From the NCBI GenBank assembly GCA_043797665.1, contig JAZDPL010000032.1, positions 1-36,180 of the forward strand: 36,180 nucleotides of DNA, in the 5' to 3' direction. Source of the DNA: Candidatus Omnitrophota bacterium (lineage in GTDB: Bacteria > Ratteibacteria > UBA8468 > MWAK01). Positions 18,034 to 26,134 of the stretch are shown in pieces. A program made the position numbers and the translations under genes. How positions within the stretch are numbered: position 1 is the first letter of the stretch; each line of letters opens with the position of its first letter. The notes under the pieces are model-generated. The model was not told the origin of the DNA. It saw only the letters and a program-made list of their open reading frames with translations, and searched no databases.

Positions 18034-18101
18034 GTAGGGGTCGGATTTATCCGACCCGCGGGTTTGATAAATCAAACCCCTACCTTGATGGTAGGGAACC
18101 C
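18034..18101 (-). repeat. GTAG-type REP doublet, copy 3, fused to a second ctac/gtag module
   Basis: 18034-18083 matches copy 2 except for a paired C>T and G>A change. 18077-18101 (cccctaccttgatggtagggaaccc) recurs inverted at 7201-7225. Confidence 0.9.
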
Positions 18102-18103
18102 GA

Positions 18104-18304
18104 CTACAAATTGTGCGCCTTCAGAAAGGCGGCGATGCTCCTTTCGCCTTTTCGTTCCCACTCCGGCGGGAAGAAACAACCGGGCAACTCACCATTGCTC
18201 CGGTGGTAGACAACACATTCACAGCAGAAGCCTTTTCGACTGCAGGGCTCATACGTACAGGTGCATTTTGCTTTATTTGCCGTTATCTTACACTCTCGTG
18301 GCAT
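18104..18304 (-). CDS. Small Cys-rich protein (DUF6485-like)
   Basis: GGAGG RBS before ATG 18304; CTCTYEPCSRKGFCCECVVYH...LPGCFFP pattern. Confidence 0.8.
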   Translation of the reverse strand: MPRECKITANKAKCTCTYEPCSRKGFCCECVVYHRSNGELPGCFFPPEWERKGERSIAAFLKAHNL

Positions 18305-18372
18305 ATTCCTCCCAAAAAACAGATATAGACCTGTTATTATTTTACCATATTTCACCGCCCTGAGGGCAACCC

Positions 18373-19656
18373 CTAAAGGAGGGAAAGGAGGGTACGTTCA
18401 AAATCCGGAAAGGAAATGGCGATGCACTCGGAATCCTCAATAACGGTCTCGCCTTCCGCGGCTAAACCGGCAACCGCTAACGACATCGCAATCCGGTGGT
18501 CAAGATGGGAATAAACTCTGGCACCTTTAATTTTCTGCGGTCCAAAAATTACGAACCCGTCTTCTTTCTCTTCTATCTCAACGGACATCCGGCGCAGTTC
18601 CGTAACCAGAGAGGCAATCCGGTCGCTCTCCTTTATCCGTAACTCTTTTGCGTCTTTTATTTCAGTCTTCCCCCGGGCAAAAATTCCCAGTATTGCCAAA
18701 AGCGGAATTTCATCAATAAGGTTAGGAATAAGTGACCCCGAAACCGTCACTCCTTTCAACGGGGCGCCGCTTCTCACGATAATATCGCCGACCGGTTCAC
18801 CGCTTTCTTCCCGCTGATTCTCTATGGAAATGCCCGCTCCCATCTCTTGAAGAACCTGTAAAAAGGCGGTCCGGGTGGGATTAAGACCGCTCCGTTTGAT
18901 TAATAACTCTGCTCTGGGAACAATTACCGCTGCGGTCAGAAAGAAAGCCGCCGCGGAGAAGTCGCCCGGTATTTTGAATTGGCGGGCGGAAAGGCGCTGA
19001 CCGCCTTTGACGGAAATAATGTTTCCTTTACTTTTTAATGAGACGCCAAAATATTTGAGCATCCTCTCGGTATGGTCCCTGGTTTGAAACGGTTCTATAA
19101 TCACAGTTTCGCCACTGGCAAAGAGACCAGCCAGGAGTAAACAACTTTTCACTTGGGCGCTGGCTACCGGCATCGGGTACTCTATTCCGGAAAGGGAACC
19201 GCCCCGGATAGATAAAGGAGGGAAATCACCTTTTTGTCCCAGAACCCGGGCACCCATCTGACGGAGAGGCTCGGCAATCCTCGCCATGGGACGTTTTCGC
19301 AAAGAAGCATCACCGTCTAAAAAGGTGGTGTACGGAAGTCCCGCCGCAATTCCGGAAAGAAGCCGCATCGTGGTTCCGGAATTACCGCAGTCAATCACCC
19401 GGTCCGATTCCTGAAACCCCTTTGCACCTTTGCCCTTTACCAGGAGACGTTGTCCTTCCTTCTCTATTTCCACACCGAATCCAATCAGCGCCTGAAAAGT
19501 AGAACAACAGTCTCCACCCTCCTGAACCCCTTCCAGAAAAGATTCTCCTTCTGCCAGCGCCGAAATCAGGAGTGCACGGTGAGATATGGACTTGTCGCCC
19601 GGTAAGGTAATTTCACCTTTTAAGTGTTTAACTGCTTTAATTACTAAGGCTGACAC
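18373..19656 (-). CDS. aroA: 3-phosphoshikimate 1-carboxyvinyltransferase (EPSP synthase, class II)
   Basis: PGDKSISHR, DCGNSGTTMR, SAQVKS, RDHTE, KESDRI, DHRIAM. GTG start with GAGGAG RBS. Confidence 0.98.
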   Translation of the reverse strand: MSALVIKAVKHLKGEITLPGDKSISHRALLISALAEGESFLEGVQEGGDCCSTFQALIGFGVEIEKEGQRLLVKGKGAKGFQESDRVIDCGNSGTTMRLLSGIAAGLPYTTFLDGDASLRKRPMARIAEPLRQMGARVLGQKGDFPPLSIRGGSLSGIEYPMPVASAQVKSCLLLAGLFASGETVIIEPFQTRDHTERMLKYFGVSLKSKGNIISVKGGQRLSARQFKIPGDFSAAAFFLTAAVIVPRAELLIKRSGLNPTRTAFLQVLQEMGAGISIENQREESGEPVGDIIVRSGAPLKGVTVSGSLIPNLIDEIPLLAILGIFARGKTEIKDAKELRIKESDRIASLVTELRRMSVEIEEKEDGFVIFGPQKIKGARVYSHLDHRIAMSLAVAGLAAEGETVIEDSECIAISFPDFERTLLSLL

Positions 19657-19673
19657 TTCTCCTCCTCTATTAT

Positions 19674-19751
19674 TGTCATTCTGAGCATCAGCGAAGAATC
19701 TATTTTTCAGGAAGACCGGGATTCTTCGGCATACTACGCCTCAGAATGACA
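19674..19751. repeat. TGTCATTCTGAG-type REP doublet between aroF and aroA
   Basis: 12-bp terminal IR tgtcattctgag/ctcagaatgaca with internal cgaagaatc/gattcttcg. Confidence 0.82.
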
Positions 19752-19775
19752 TTGTATCTGGTGTGTCATATTCAA

Positions 19776-20789
19776 TTAGATTCGGCAGTTGAGTACTGGA
19801 ACTAAATTTCTCAGCGAATTCATCAGGTTACTGAAATCTTCAAAACTTAGCGTTTGGAATCCGTCTGAGAAAGCGGATTCCGGTTTGGGATGTACTTCTA
19901 CCATTATTCCGTCACTGCCGGCGGCGACCGCAGCCTTTGCCATAGGGATAACCAGGGTCCGACGACCGGTTCCGTGGCTGGGGTCAACCACCATCGGCAA
20001 GTGACTCAATTCCTTTGCCAGAGGAACCGCAGACAGGTCTAAAGTAAAACGGGTGGCTTCTTCAAAGGTACGGATACCCCGTTCACATAAGATTACGTTA
20101 TAATTTCCCTGGGAAAGGATGTATTCCGCAGACATCAAAAATTCCTCCAACTTAGCAGACATTCCCCGCTTTAGAAGGATGGGTTTTTGGAGCCGGCCCA
20201 ATTCCTTCAACAGGTCAAAGTTTTGCATGTTTCGGGCACCCACCTGCAGAATATCCGCGTATTTAGAGACCAGTTCTACCTGTCTTGGGTCCATCACTTC
20301 GGTCACCGTCGGGACTTTCCATTTTTGACCTGCTTCTGCCAGGTATTCCAGCCCTTCCTTACCCAGCCCCTGGAAAGAATACGGGGATGTCCGGGGTTTA
20401 AACGCACCGCCCCTCAGTACCTTTGCGCCGTGCTTACAGACAAACCGGGCAATCTGAAACAACTGTTTCCGGCTTTCAATGGAACAGGGACCGGCAATTA
20501 CCACAATTGAACCGCCGCCGATGGCTACACCGCCCACCCGGATGACCGTATCCTCTTTTTTAAAATCCCGGCTGACCAACTTATAAGGTTTGGAAATCGG
20601 AGCGACCGACTCCACGTCAAGGATTGCCTCAAAAACCTCACGGTACAAAATGGCATTCTCGCCAATCACTCCGATTACCGCCCGTTTTTTTCCTTTAGAG
20701 ATATGGGGCGTAAACCCTAATTCTTTAATCTTTTTTACCAGCGCCTTGATTCCTTTTTCGGTAGTGCCGGGTCTCAAAGTAAGAATCAT
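19776..20789 (-). CDS. aroF: DAHP synthase type I-beta with N-terminal regulatory domain
   Basis: IAGPCSIE, GGAFKPRTSPYSFQG, GARNMQNF, CERGIRTF, DPSH. Confidence 0.95.
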   Translation of the reverse strand: MILTLRPGTTEKGIKALVKKIKELGFTPHISKGKKRAVIGVIGENAILYREVFEAILDVESVAPISKPYKLVSRDFKKEDTVIRVGGVAIGGGSIVVIAGPCSIESRKQLFQIARFVCKHGAKVLRGGAFKPRTSPYSFQGLGKEGLEYLAEAGQKWKVPTVTEVMDPRQVELVSKYADILQVGARNMQNFDLLKELGRLQKPILLKRGMSAKLEEFLMSAEYILSQGNYNVILCERGIRTFEEATRFTLDLSAVPLAKELSHLPMVVDPSHGTGRRTLVIPMAKAAVAAGSDGIMVEVHPKPESAFSDGFQTLSFEDFSNLMNSLRNLVPVLNCRI

Positions 20790-21328
20790 TGGTCTTCCTC
20801 CTCCGAATTTAAAATGCCTATACCGCCTCTGACCGTTATTAAAATTATAACCAAAATGGCTGCGGAATTCAAAAATACCGGTGAGGGTAAAAAACCAAAG
20901 GGCCAGGGAAAACCGGTTAAAAATACACGCCAGACCAAAATGACGGCTAAAAAATGGAACCCCTGGTCAACAACGTTGACTGTCTTACAGGAATTTATAT
21001 CCCTAATCCCCCTTCTTCCCCCTTTGCAAAAGGGGGATTGAGGGGGATTTTCCCTTGTCTTGAGTTTCCTTTTTCTTTCCAGAATTATCTTGCTCCGGTC
21101 AATAATTAAGTGGGAAATTGAGAGAATACTCACGCCAAGTAAAGTTTTCCCGCTCCAATAAGGGAATAACACAAGAAGACCGGCTGCCCAGACTATCCCC
21201 ACGTGCAAAAAGAGATAAACCGTTTTTTTTCTTTTCTGACGGGTAAATTCCTTAGGTTGACAGACGTAATCGGCGATTATATGACTTAAAAAAAGAAGAT
21301 ATAGAGGAAAGAGATTTTCAGGCCTCAT
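20786..21328 (-). CDS. DUF3307-like membrane protein with an in-frame palindromic insert
   Basis: HIIADY.CQ, H..ID..K and DQ.FH motifs with hydrophobic helices. Overlaps both pheA and aroF. Confidence 0.75.
   Translation of the reverse strand: MRPENLFPLYLLFLSHIIADYVCQPKEFTRQKRKKTVYLFLHVGIVWAAGLLVLFPYWSGKTLLGVSILSISHLIIDRSKIILERKRKLKTRENPPQSPFCKGGRRGIRDINSCKTVNVVDQGFHFLAVILVWRVFLTGFPWPFGFLPSPVFLNSAAILVIILITVRGGIGILNSEEEDQ
21005..21049. repeat. Nested CCCCCTT/AAGGGGG palindrome within the DUF3307 CDS
   Basis: aatccccct-tct-tccccctttgcaaaaggggga-ttg-agggggatt; encodes NPPQSPFCKGGRRGI on the - strand. Confidence 0.8.
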
Positions 21329-22394
21329 CCGCAATCGGGTAGGAACCCAGGATTTTTAAGAACAGGCACAGGTCATTCAACTCAGATAGGGCTCTTTGCA
21401 CTGCGGGTTCGTCTTTATATCCTAAAAAATCAACAAAAAAGACGTATTCCCAGGCACGACGTTTTGTGGGCCGGGATTCAATCTTGGTAAGGTTCAGACC
21501 TTCTTTTCGGAAAGGCACCAGCATATCGTGAAGAGCACCCACCCGGTCTTTAACGGAAAAAAGGATACTGGTGCGGTCCCGGCCGCTTCTTTCCGCAAAA
21601 TGGGTGCCAATCACCAGAAACCGGGTGTAGTTCCGGATATTGTCCTGAATGTCGCGCATCAAAATCGGTACGCCATAAAGGACGGCGGCAATCTCCGAGG
21701 CGATAGCCGCAGTCCTGCCTTTCTTCTTTTTAACCAATTTAGTTGCTTCGGCGGTACTTTCCGTTTCGTGAAGCGTCACGTCCGTGAGGTTCTCTTCCAA
21801 CCAGTTTTGACACTGGGCTAAAGCCTGGGGATGGGAATAGACCTCTTTTACCTTTTTCCAGGAACCAAAACCCAACAGGTGATTACGGATTGGAAGCAGA
21901 ACTTCGTTAACAATTTTTAAATCAGAATCCAAGAACATATCTAAGGTATGGCTGACCATACCTTCGGTGGAATTCTCAATCGGAACCACCCCATAGTCTG
22001 CCTGCCTCTTTTCGATAAAACTGAAGACCGTCGGAACACTCTTTTGAGAAAAATACTCTGCCTGGGTCCCGAAGGTCTTCAAGGCGGACTGATGAGTGAA
22101 GGTTGCCTCCGGCCCTAAATAAGCGATACGCAGGGGATATTCCAGAGAGCGGGAGACGCTGAATATTTCCTGGAAGATGGCGTTAACCGCCTCTTCGGCA
22201 AGAGGTCCCCGGCTCTCTTTCTTCAACCTCTCTAAAATCCGGCGTTCCCGGGCCGGGTCATAAATCGCCTTCCCCTTCTTTTTCTTCAGGGCACCGATAT
22301 CAACCGTCTCCTCTACCCGCTGGTTAAGAAGTTTTAAAATCCGGCCGTCAATCCGGTCTATTTTTTCCCGGACCTGTTCAATCTCCTTATCCAT
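21318..22394 (-). CDS. pheA: Bifunctional chorismate mutase/prephenate dehydratase (P-protein)
   Basis: N-terminal AroQ (REKIDRID..IL.LLN.R), AYLGPEATFT, VPIENSTEG, SHPQAL, NYTRF, ACT domain NLTKIESRP. Confidence 0.97.
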   Translation of the reverse strand: MDKEIEQVREKIDRIDGRILKLLNQRVEETVDIGALKKKKGKAIYDPARERRILERLKKESRGPLAEEAVNAIFQEIFSVSRSLEYPLRIAYLGPEATFTHQSALKTFGTQAEYFSQKSVPTVFSFIEKRQADYGVVPIENSTEGMVSHTLDMFLDSDLKIVNEVLLPIRNHLLGFGSWKKVKEVYSHPQALAQCQNWLEENLTDVTLHETESTAEATKLVKKKKGRTAAIASEIAAVLYGVPILMRDIQDNIRNYTRFLVIGTHFAERSGRDRTSILFSVKDRVGALHDMLVPFRKEGLNLTKIESRPTKRRAWEYVFFVDFLGYKDEPAVQRALSELNDLCLFLKILGSYPIADEA

Positions 22395-23091
22395 TGTCCT
22401 TAACCCCTTCCATACCGTTTTTATTTCTTCCAATAATTTCTTTTGTTATCTCCTTTTTCCAAATGCCAAAAAAAACTTTGAGTTCTTTCATGGTACAGGG
22501 TCGTATAAGAAGATGGGCATCAGGATTATCATCCGAAAAACTGTTTATTCTTTCCAGGGAAACTCCAAACCAGTAGAGGTCAAAACCGGCGTCTTTTTGC
22601 GACGCTTTTTCAAGAAGTTCCTCTTTAGTGAAAGGTTCCTTAAGAAGAAAATAGATGTCTATAAAATCTCTTAATGCGGCTCTGCCGAACAAAGCAAGAA
22701 TTTTGTTAGTGGCTATGTCCACCAGGCTGTCAATCTTAAGGCCGGGTATTTCCTCTGAAATAAATGGTTGTTCAAACCGGAATGGAGAATCCCATCCAAA
22801 ATGGATAATGGTTGAGTCGTCCAAAGAAGTTACCACGATTTCTGCGAATGAATGTAAACTTCTCCGTTTTTCGGTTTTTAATCCTGCCTGTTTCAATGAT
22901 GCCTCAATCTGCTGACTAAAGGCGGGAATTACTTCTTCAATATTAGTAAAAAAATCAAGGTCTTCACTTTTTCTGTGTCTGAGAAAAAATGCCGATAAAG
23001 CGGTGCCACCTGTAAGATAAAACGCATCCTGGTCTGGCAGGCGACTAAACAAAAGTAGCGTTTCCCTCTGAAGTTTACTCAAGATATCCAA
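22387..23091 (-). CDS. AbiEii/AbiGii-like nucleotidyltransferase (putative toxin)
   Basis: FYLTGGTAL..F.LRHRKSEDLDFF and K..A..GR...RDFID motifs. Confidence 0.88.
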   Translation of the reverse strand: MDILSKLQRETLLLFSRLPDQDAFYLTGGTALSAFFLRHRKSEDLDFFTNIEEVIPAFSQQIEASLKQAGLKTEKRRSLHSFAEIVVTSLDDSTIIHFGWDSPFRFEQPFISEEIPGLKIDSLVDIATNKILALFGRAALRDFIDIYFLLKEPFTKEELLEKASQKDAGFDLYWFGVSLERINSFSDDNPDAHLLIRPCTMKELKVFFGIWKKEITKEIIGRNKNGMEGVKDNG

Positions 23092-23323
23092 GACCTTCCT
23101 CCCAAAAATTTTTTACCTCCTGGGGTAAGAAATTTTTGACCCGAGCAAAAGATCGGGTAAAATCTGAATGGCTTACCGTACTTAAAAGTTTTTTGATGTC
23201 CGGGGTTCTTCCTCTGGTAATTATCTGCTGAACATACATATCAAGATGGTCCCTCCTGGACAGGTCCAACTCACTTCCTTCTTTTAGAAACCAGAATAAT
23301 ATTTTATCTATCAGAACCTTCAT
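23075..23323 (-). CDS. Small protein upstream of the nucleotidyltransferase (DUF6922-like putative antitoxin)
   Basis: 82 aa with FW...LD......V.QI..RG...D and terminal FW pattern. Overlaps the toxin-like gene start. Confidence 0.65.
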   Translation of the reverse strand: MKVLIDKILFWFLKEGSELDLSRRDHLDMYVQQIITRGRTPDIKKLLSTVSHSDFTRSFARVKNFLPQEVKNFWEEGLGYLE

Positions 23324-23351
23324 ATCAATCCACCAAATCCAATCGTCCTTA

Positions 23352-23381
23352 ATTATAGCCCAAAGGTTAACAAACGGTCAA
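23352..23381 (-). promoter_or_regulatory. sigma70-type promoter for the antitoxin/NTase/pheA operon
   Basis: TTGACC-18 bp-TATAAT on the - strand. Confidence 0.75.
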
Positions 23382-23398
23382 TTTCTCGGAAAAGTTGT

Positions 23399-23428
23399 TT
23401 GACGGAAAAATCAGAAAAGGGGTATACT
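23399..23428 (+). promoter_or_regulatory. sigma70-type promoter for the larA operon
   Basis: TTGACG-18 bp-TATACT, 14 bp upstream of the ATG; no SD sequence seen. Confidence 0.72.
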
Positions 23429-23442
23429 GAATATTTACGAAT

Positions 23443-24759
23443 ATGGTGGTTACGTTACCCTATGGAAAGGGTTATTTAAGGGCAAACCTTCCGGAAAAAA
23501 CCAGAATTCTTGAAGCCGGAAAAGGAGAGGTGATTGACTCGCCGGAAGCCGAAATAAAGAGATATCTCAAGACTCCCATCGGAAGTAAGCCCCTGGCGGA
23601 AATAGTCCGGAAGAAAAAACCAAAAGATGTTTGCATCGTGGTCTCTGACCATACCCGGGCAGTTCCCAATCGGATTATCTTGCCTCCCCTTTTAGAGGAA
23701 CTGAAAAGTGTTGGTCTGCCATCCTCGGCCATTAAATTATTGGTGGCTACCGGGATGCACCGTCCAACTACCTTAGAAGAGAAGTTAGAAATCCTGGGCG
23801 GGGAAATTGTGGAGAATTATCCGATAGAAGACCACGATGCCCAGGACAAAGGCTCCCTGGCGAAGCTGGAATTTGAAGGAGAGGAATTTATTATCAACCG
23901 CAGTTATCTGGGGGCAGGATTAAAGATTCTTACCGGTTTAATCGAGTCCCATTTTATGGCCGGCTTTTCCGGTGGAAGAAAGTCAATCTGCCCGGGCATT
24001 GCCGGTATGGAAACCATTAAATATTTTCACAGCCCGGCTCTTTTGGAATCTCCCTATGCTCAGTCCGGTACCCTGAAAGGAAATCCCTGCCACATTTTTG
24101 CCTTAAAGATGGCTGCCGCGGCTGGTGTTGACTTCATCCTGAATGTTACCCTTAATAAAGAGAAGCGAATTACGGGTCTCTTTTCCGGAGATTTCAAGAA
24201 GGCACACCTATCTGGAGTAGAACATTGTCTGAAAGAAAATCTGGTTTATGTAAATAGACCATTTGAGATTGTCGTAACCACCAATGGTGGTTATCCTTTA
24301 GACCGTGACTTATACCAGACCGTAAAAGGACTGGTGGCCGCCGGCGAAATTGTCTCTGAGGGAGGCTTGATCATCTGTGCCGCTGAGTGTCAGGACGGCA
24401 TGGGCAGTGAAAGATTCCGGAGGTTATTATTTGAGATGAAAGGTCCGGATGAGTTCTTAAAGAGAATCTCCCAGCCAGGCTTTTTTATCCCGGACCAGTG
24501 GGAAGTGGAAGAGTTGGTAAAAGTATTAAAAAAGGTCAGGGTCCAACTCTACTCTACCGGATTAAATAAAGAAGAGATAAAGAAGGCGCATCTTGAACCG
24601 ATAGAAAGTATTGAGGGAGCGGTCAAGGAAGGTCTGAAGGAATACGGGGGGAAAGCAAACGTAGCGGTGATTCCTGGCGGACCATACACCATCGCCAAAT
24701 TAAAAAAGCGGGGGCCAATTTGTATAAGAAGATGGAACCAAAGATTATCACCGAGGTAG
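23443..24759 (+). CDS. larA: Nickel-pincer-dependent lactate racemase family protein
   Basis: LPYG, SDHTR, ATGMHR, DHDA, HFMAGFSGGRKS..PG, YQTVKG, DQWE. Confidence 0.9.
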   Translation: MVVTLPYGKGYLRANLPEKTRILEAGKGEVIDSPEAEIKRYLKTPIGSKPLAEIVRKKKPKDVCIVVSDHTRAVPNRIILPPLLEELKSVGLPSSAIKLLVATGMHRPTTLEEKLEILGGEIVENYPIEDHDAQDKGSLAKLEFEGEEFIINRSYLGAGLKILTGLIESHFMAGFSGGRKSICPGIAGMETIKYFHSPALLESPYAQSGTLKGNPCHIFALKMAAAAGVDFILNVTLNKEKRITGLFSGDFKKAHLSGVEHCLKENLVYVNRPFEIVVTTNGGYPLDRDLYQTVKGLVAAGEIVSEGGLIICAAECQDGMGSERFRRLLFEMKGPDEFLKRISQPGFFIPDQWEVEELVKVLKKVRVQLYSTGLNKEEIKKAHLEPIESIEGAVKEGLKEYGGKANVAVIPGGPYTIAKLKKRGPICIRRWNQRLSPR

Positions 24760-26117
24760 CAAGAATTGTCGGAGCGAAAAACTTACTGGTAGCAAAGGAA
24801 CTTCTGGAAGACTATAGCCACGATGAATTTGCCCTGCCTTCTCTGAAAAGTTATCCTGAGGTCGTCGCCAGGCCGGATGACCCGGCTCAGATTGCAGAAA
24901 TTATGGTACTGGCTAATAGAGAAAATTTCCCGGTAGTAGCCAGAGGTGGCGGTACCGGCCTCTGTGGAGGCTGTGTTCCGGTCTTTGGAGGTGTGGTGCT
25001 GAGTTTAGAGAAGATGAACCGAATTCTGGAAATAGACCCGGAAAACCTCATGGTGAGCCTGGAGTCAGGCGTTACTTTAAAAGAATTCTACACAAAACTG
25101 AAGGAGAAAAGTCTATTCTTCCCTCCCCATCCTGGCGAAGAGAGTGCTACGGTGGGAGGAATAATCGCCACCAATGCCGGTGGTGCGCGAGCGGTGAAAT
25201 ACGGCACGGTGCGAAACTTTGTTCGGGAAGTGGAAGTTGTCCTTCCGGAAGGTGGTATTGTTCACTTCGGCGGCAAAATCATCAAGGACAGTTCCGGATA
25301 CAACTTGCTCCATCTTATGATTGGTTCGGAAGGCACTTTAGGAATTATCACCAGGGCCACCTTAAGTGTTATGGCCTTACCGGAGGCTACCTTGACATTA
25401 ATCGTTCCTTTTGAAAATATCTTTGATGCCCTGAAAAGTGTTCCGGAGATACTTTCCGCAGGAATCTTACCCCTGGCGATAGAGTTCCTCAGCCGGCCAA
25501 TCATCAAAATTACTGAAGATTTTCTGGGAAAGAATTGGCCCGTCCAAAAAGGTGAGTTTTACCTTTTAGTAATCCTGGAAGGGGAAGAGGAAGAACTCTT
25601 AAGGACCAGCGGAAGAATGGCAGATATCTGCTTGAAGTATAAGGTTCTTGATATTTTTGTGGCCCAAAATCAAAAAAAACAGGATGAGATTTTAAACTTG
25701 AGAAGTATGGTTTATGAAGCCTTAAAGCCTCAGACCATTGAAATTCTGGATATTGTCCTTCCGCGGTCCTGTATGGAACCACACCTGAAAGCGGTAGAAG
25801 AGATTTCCGGAAAATATAATATCTGGCTTCCTACCTATGGCCATGCCGGCGATGGCAATCTCCATACCCATATTATGAAGGTTGACCTGGAGAGAAAACC
25901 CATTGAAAACTGGGAAGAGCGATACCGCATGGTGAGAAAGGAAATCCATCTTGACGCCAGGAACCGGGGAGGCAAGATTTCCGGAGAACATGGGATTGGT
26001 CTGGTAAAAAAGGAGTATCTGGACATATTTATGGAAAAGCCCGTATTAAAACTTATGAAAGATATAAAGAAGTTATTTGACCCGAATAACATCCTGAACC
26101 CGGGGAAAATCCTTTAG
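24732..26117 (+). CDS. FAD-linked 2-hydroxyacid oxidase/dehydrogenase (GlcD/D-lactate dehydrogenase family)
   Basis: RGGGTGL, TNAGG.RAVKYG, GSEGTLG, GHAGDGNLH, SGEHGIG, DPNNILNPGK. Confidence 0.93.
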   Translation: MEPKIITEVARIVGAKNLLVAKELLEDYSHDEFALPSLKSYPEVVARPDDPAQIAEIMVLANRENFPVVARGGGTGLCGGCVPVFGGVVLSLEKMNRILEIDPENLMVSLESGVTLKEFYTKLKEKSLFFPPHPGEESATVGGIIATNAGGARAVKYGTVRNFVREVEVVLPEGGIVHFGGKIIKDSSGYNLLHLMIGSEGTLGIITRATLSVMALPEATLTLIVPFENIFDALKSVPEILSAGILPLAIEFLSRPIIKITEDFLGKNWPVQKGEFYLLVILEGEEEELLRTSGRMADICLKYKVLDIFVAQNQKKQDEILNLRSMVYEALKPQTIEILDIVLPRSCMEPHLKAVEEISGKYNIWLPTYGHAGDGNLHTHIMKVDLERKPIENWEERYRMVRKEIHLDARNRGGKISGEHGIGLVKKEYLDIFMEKPVLKLMKDIKKLFDPNNILNPGKIL

Positions 26118-26134
26118 ATGTAATAGGTCTAGCG

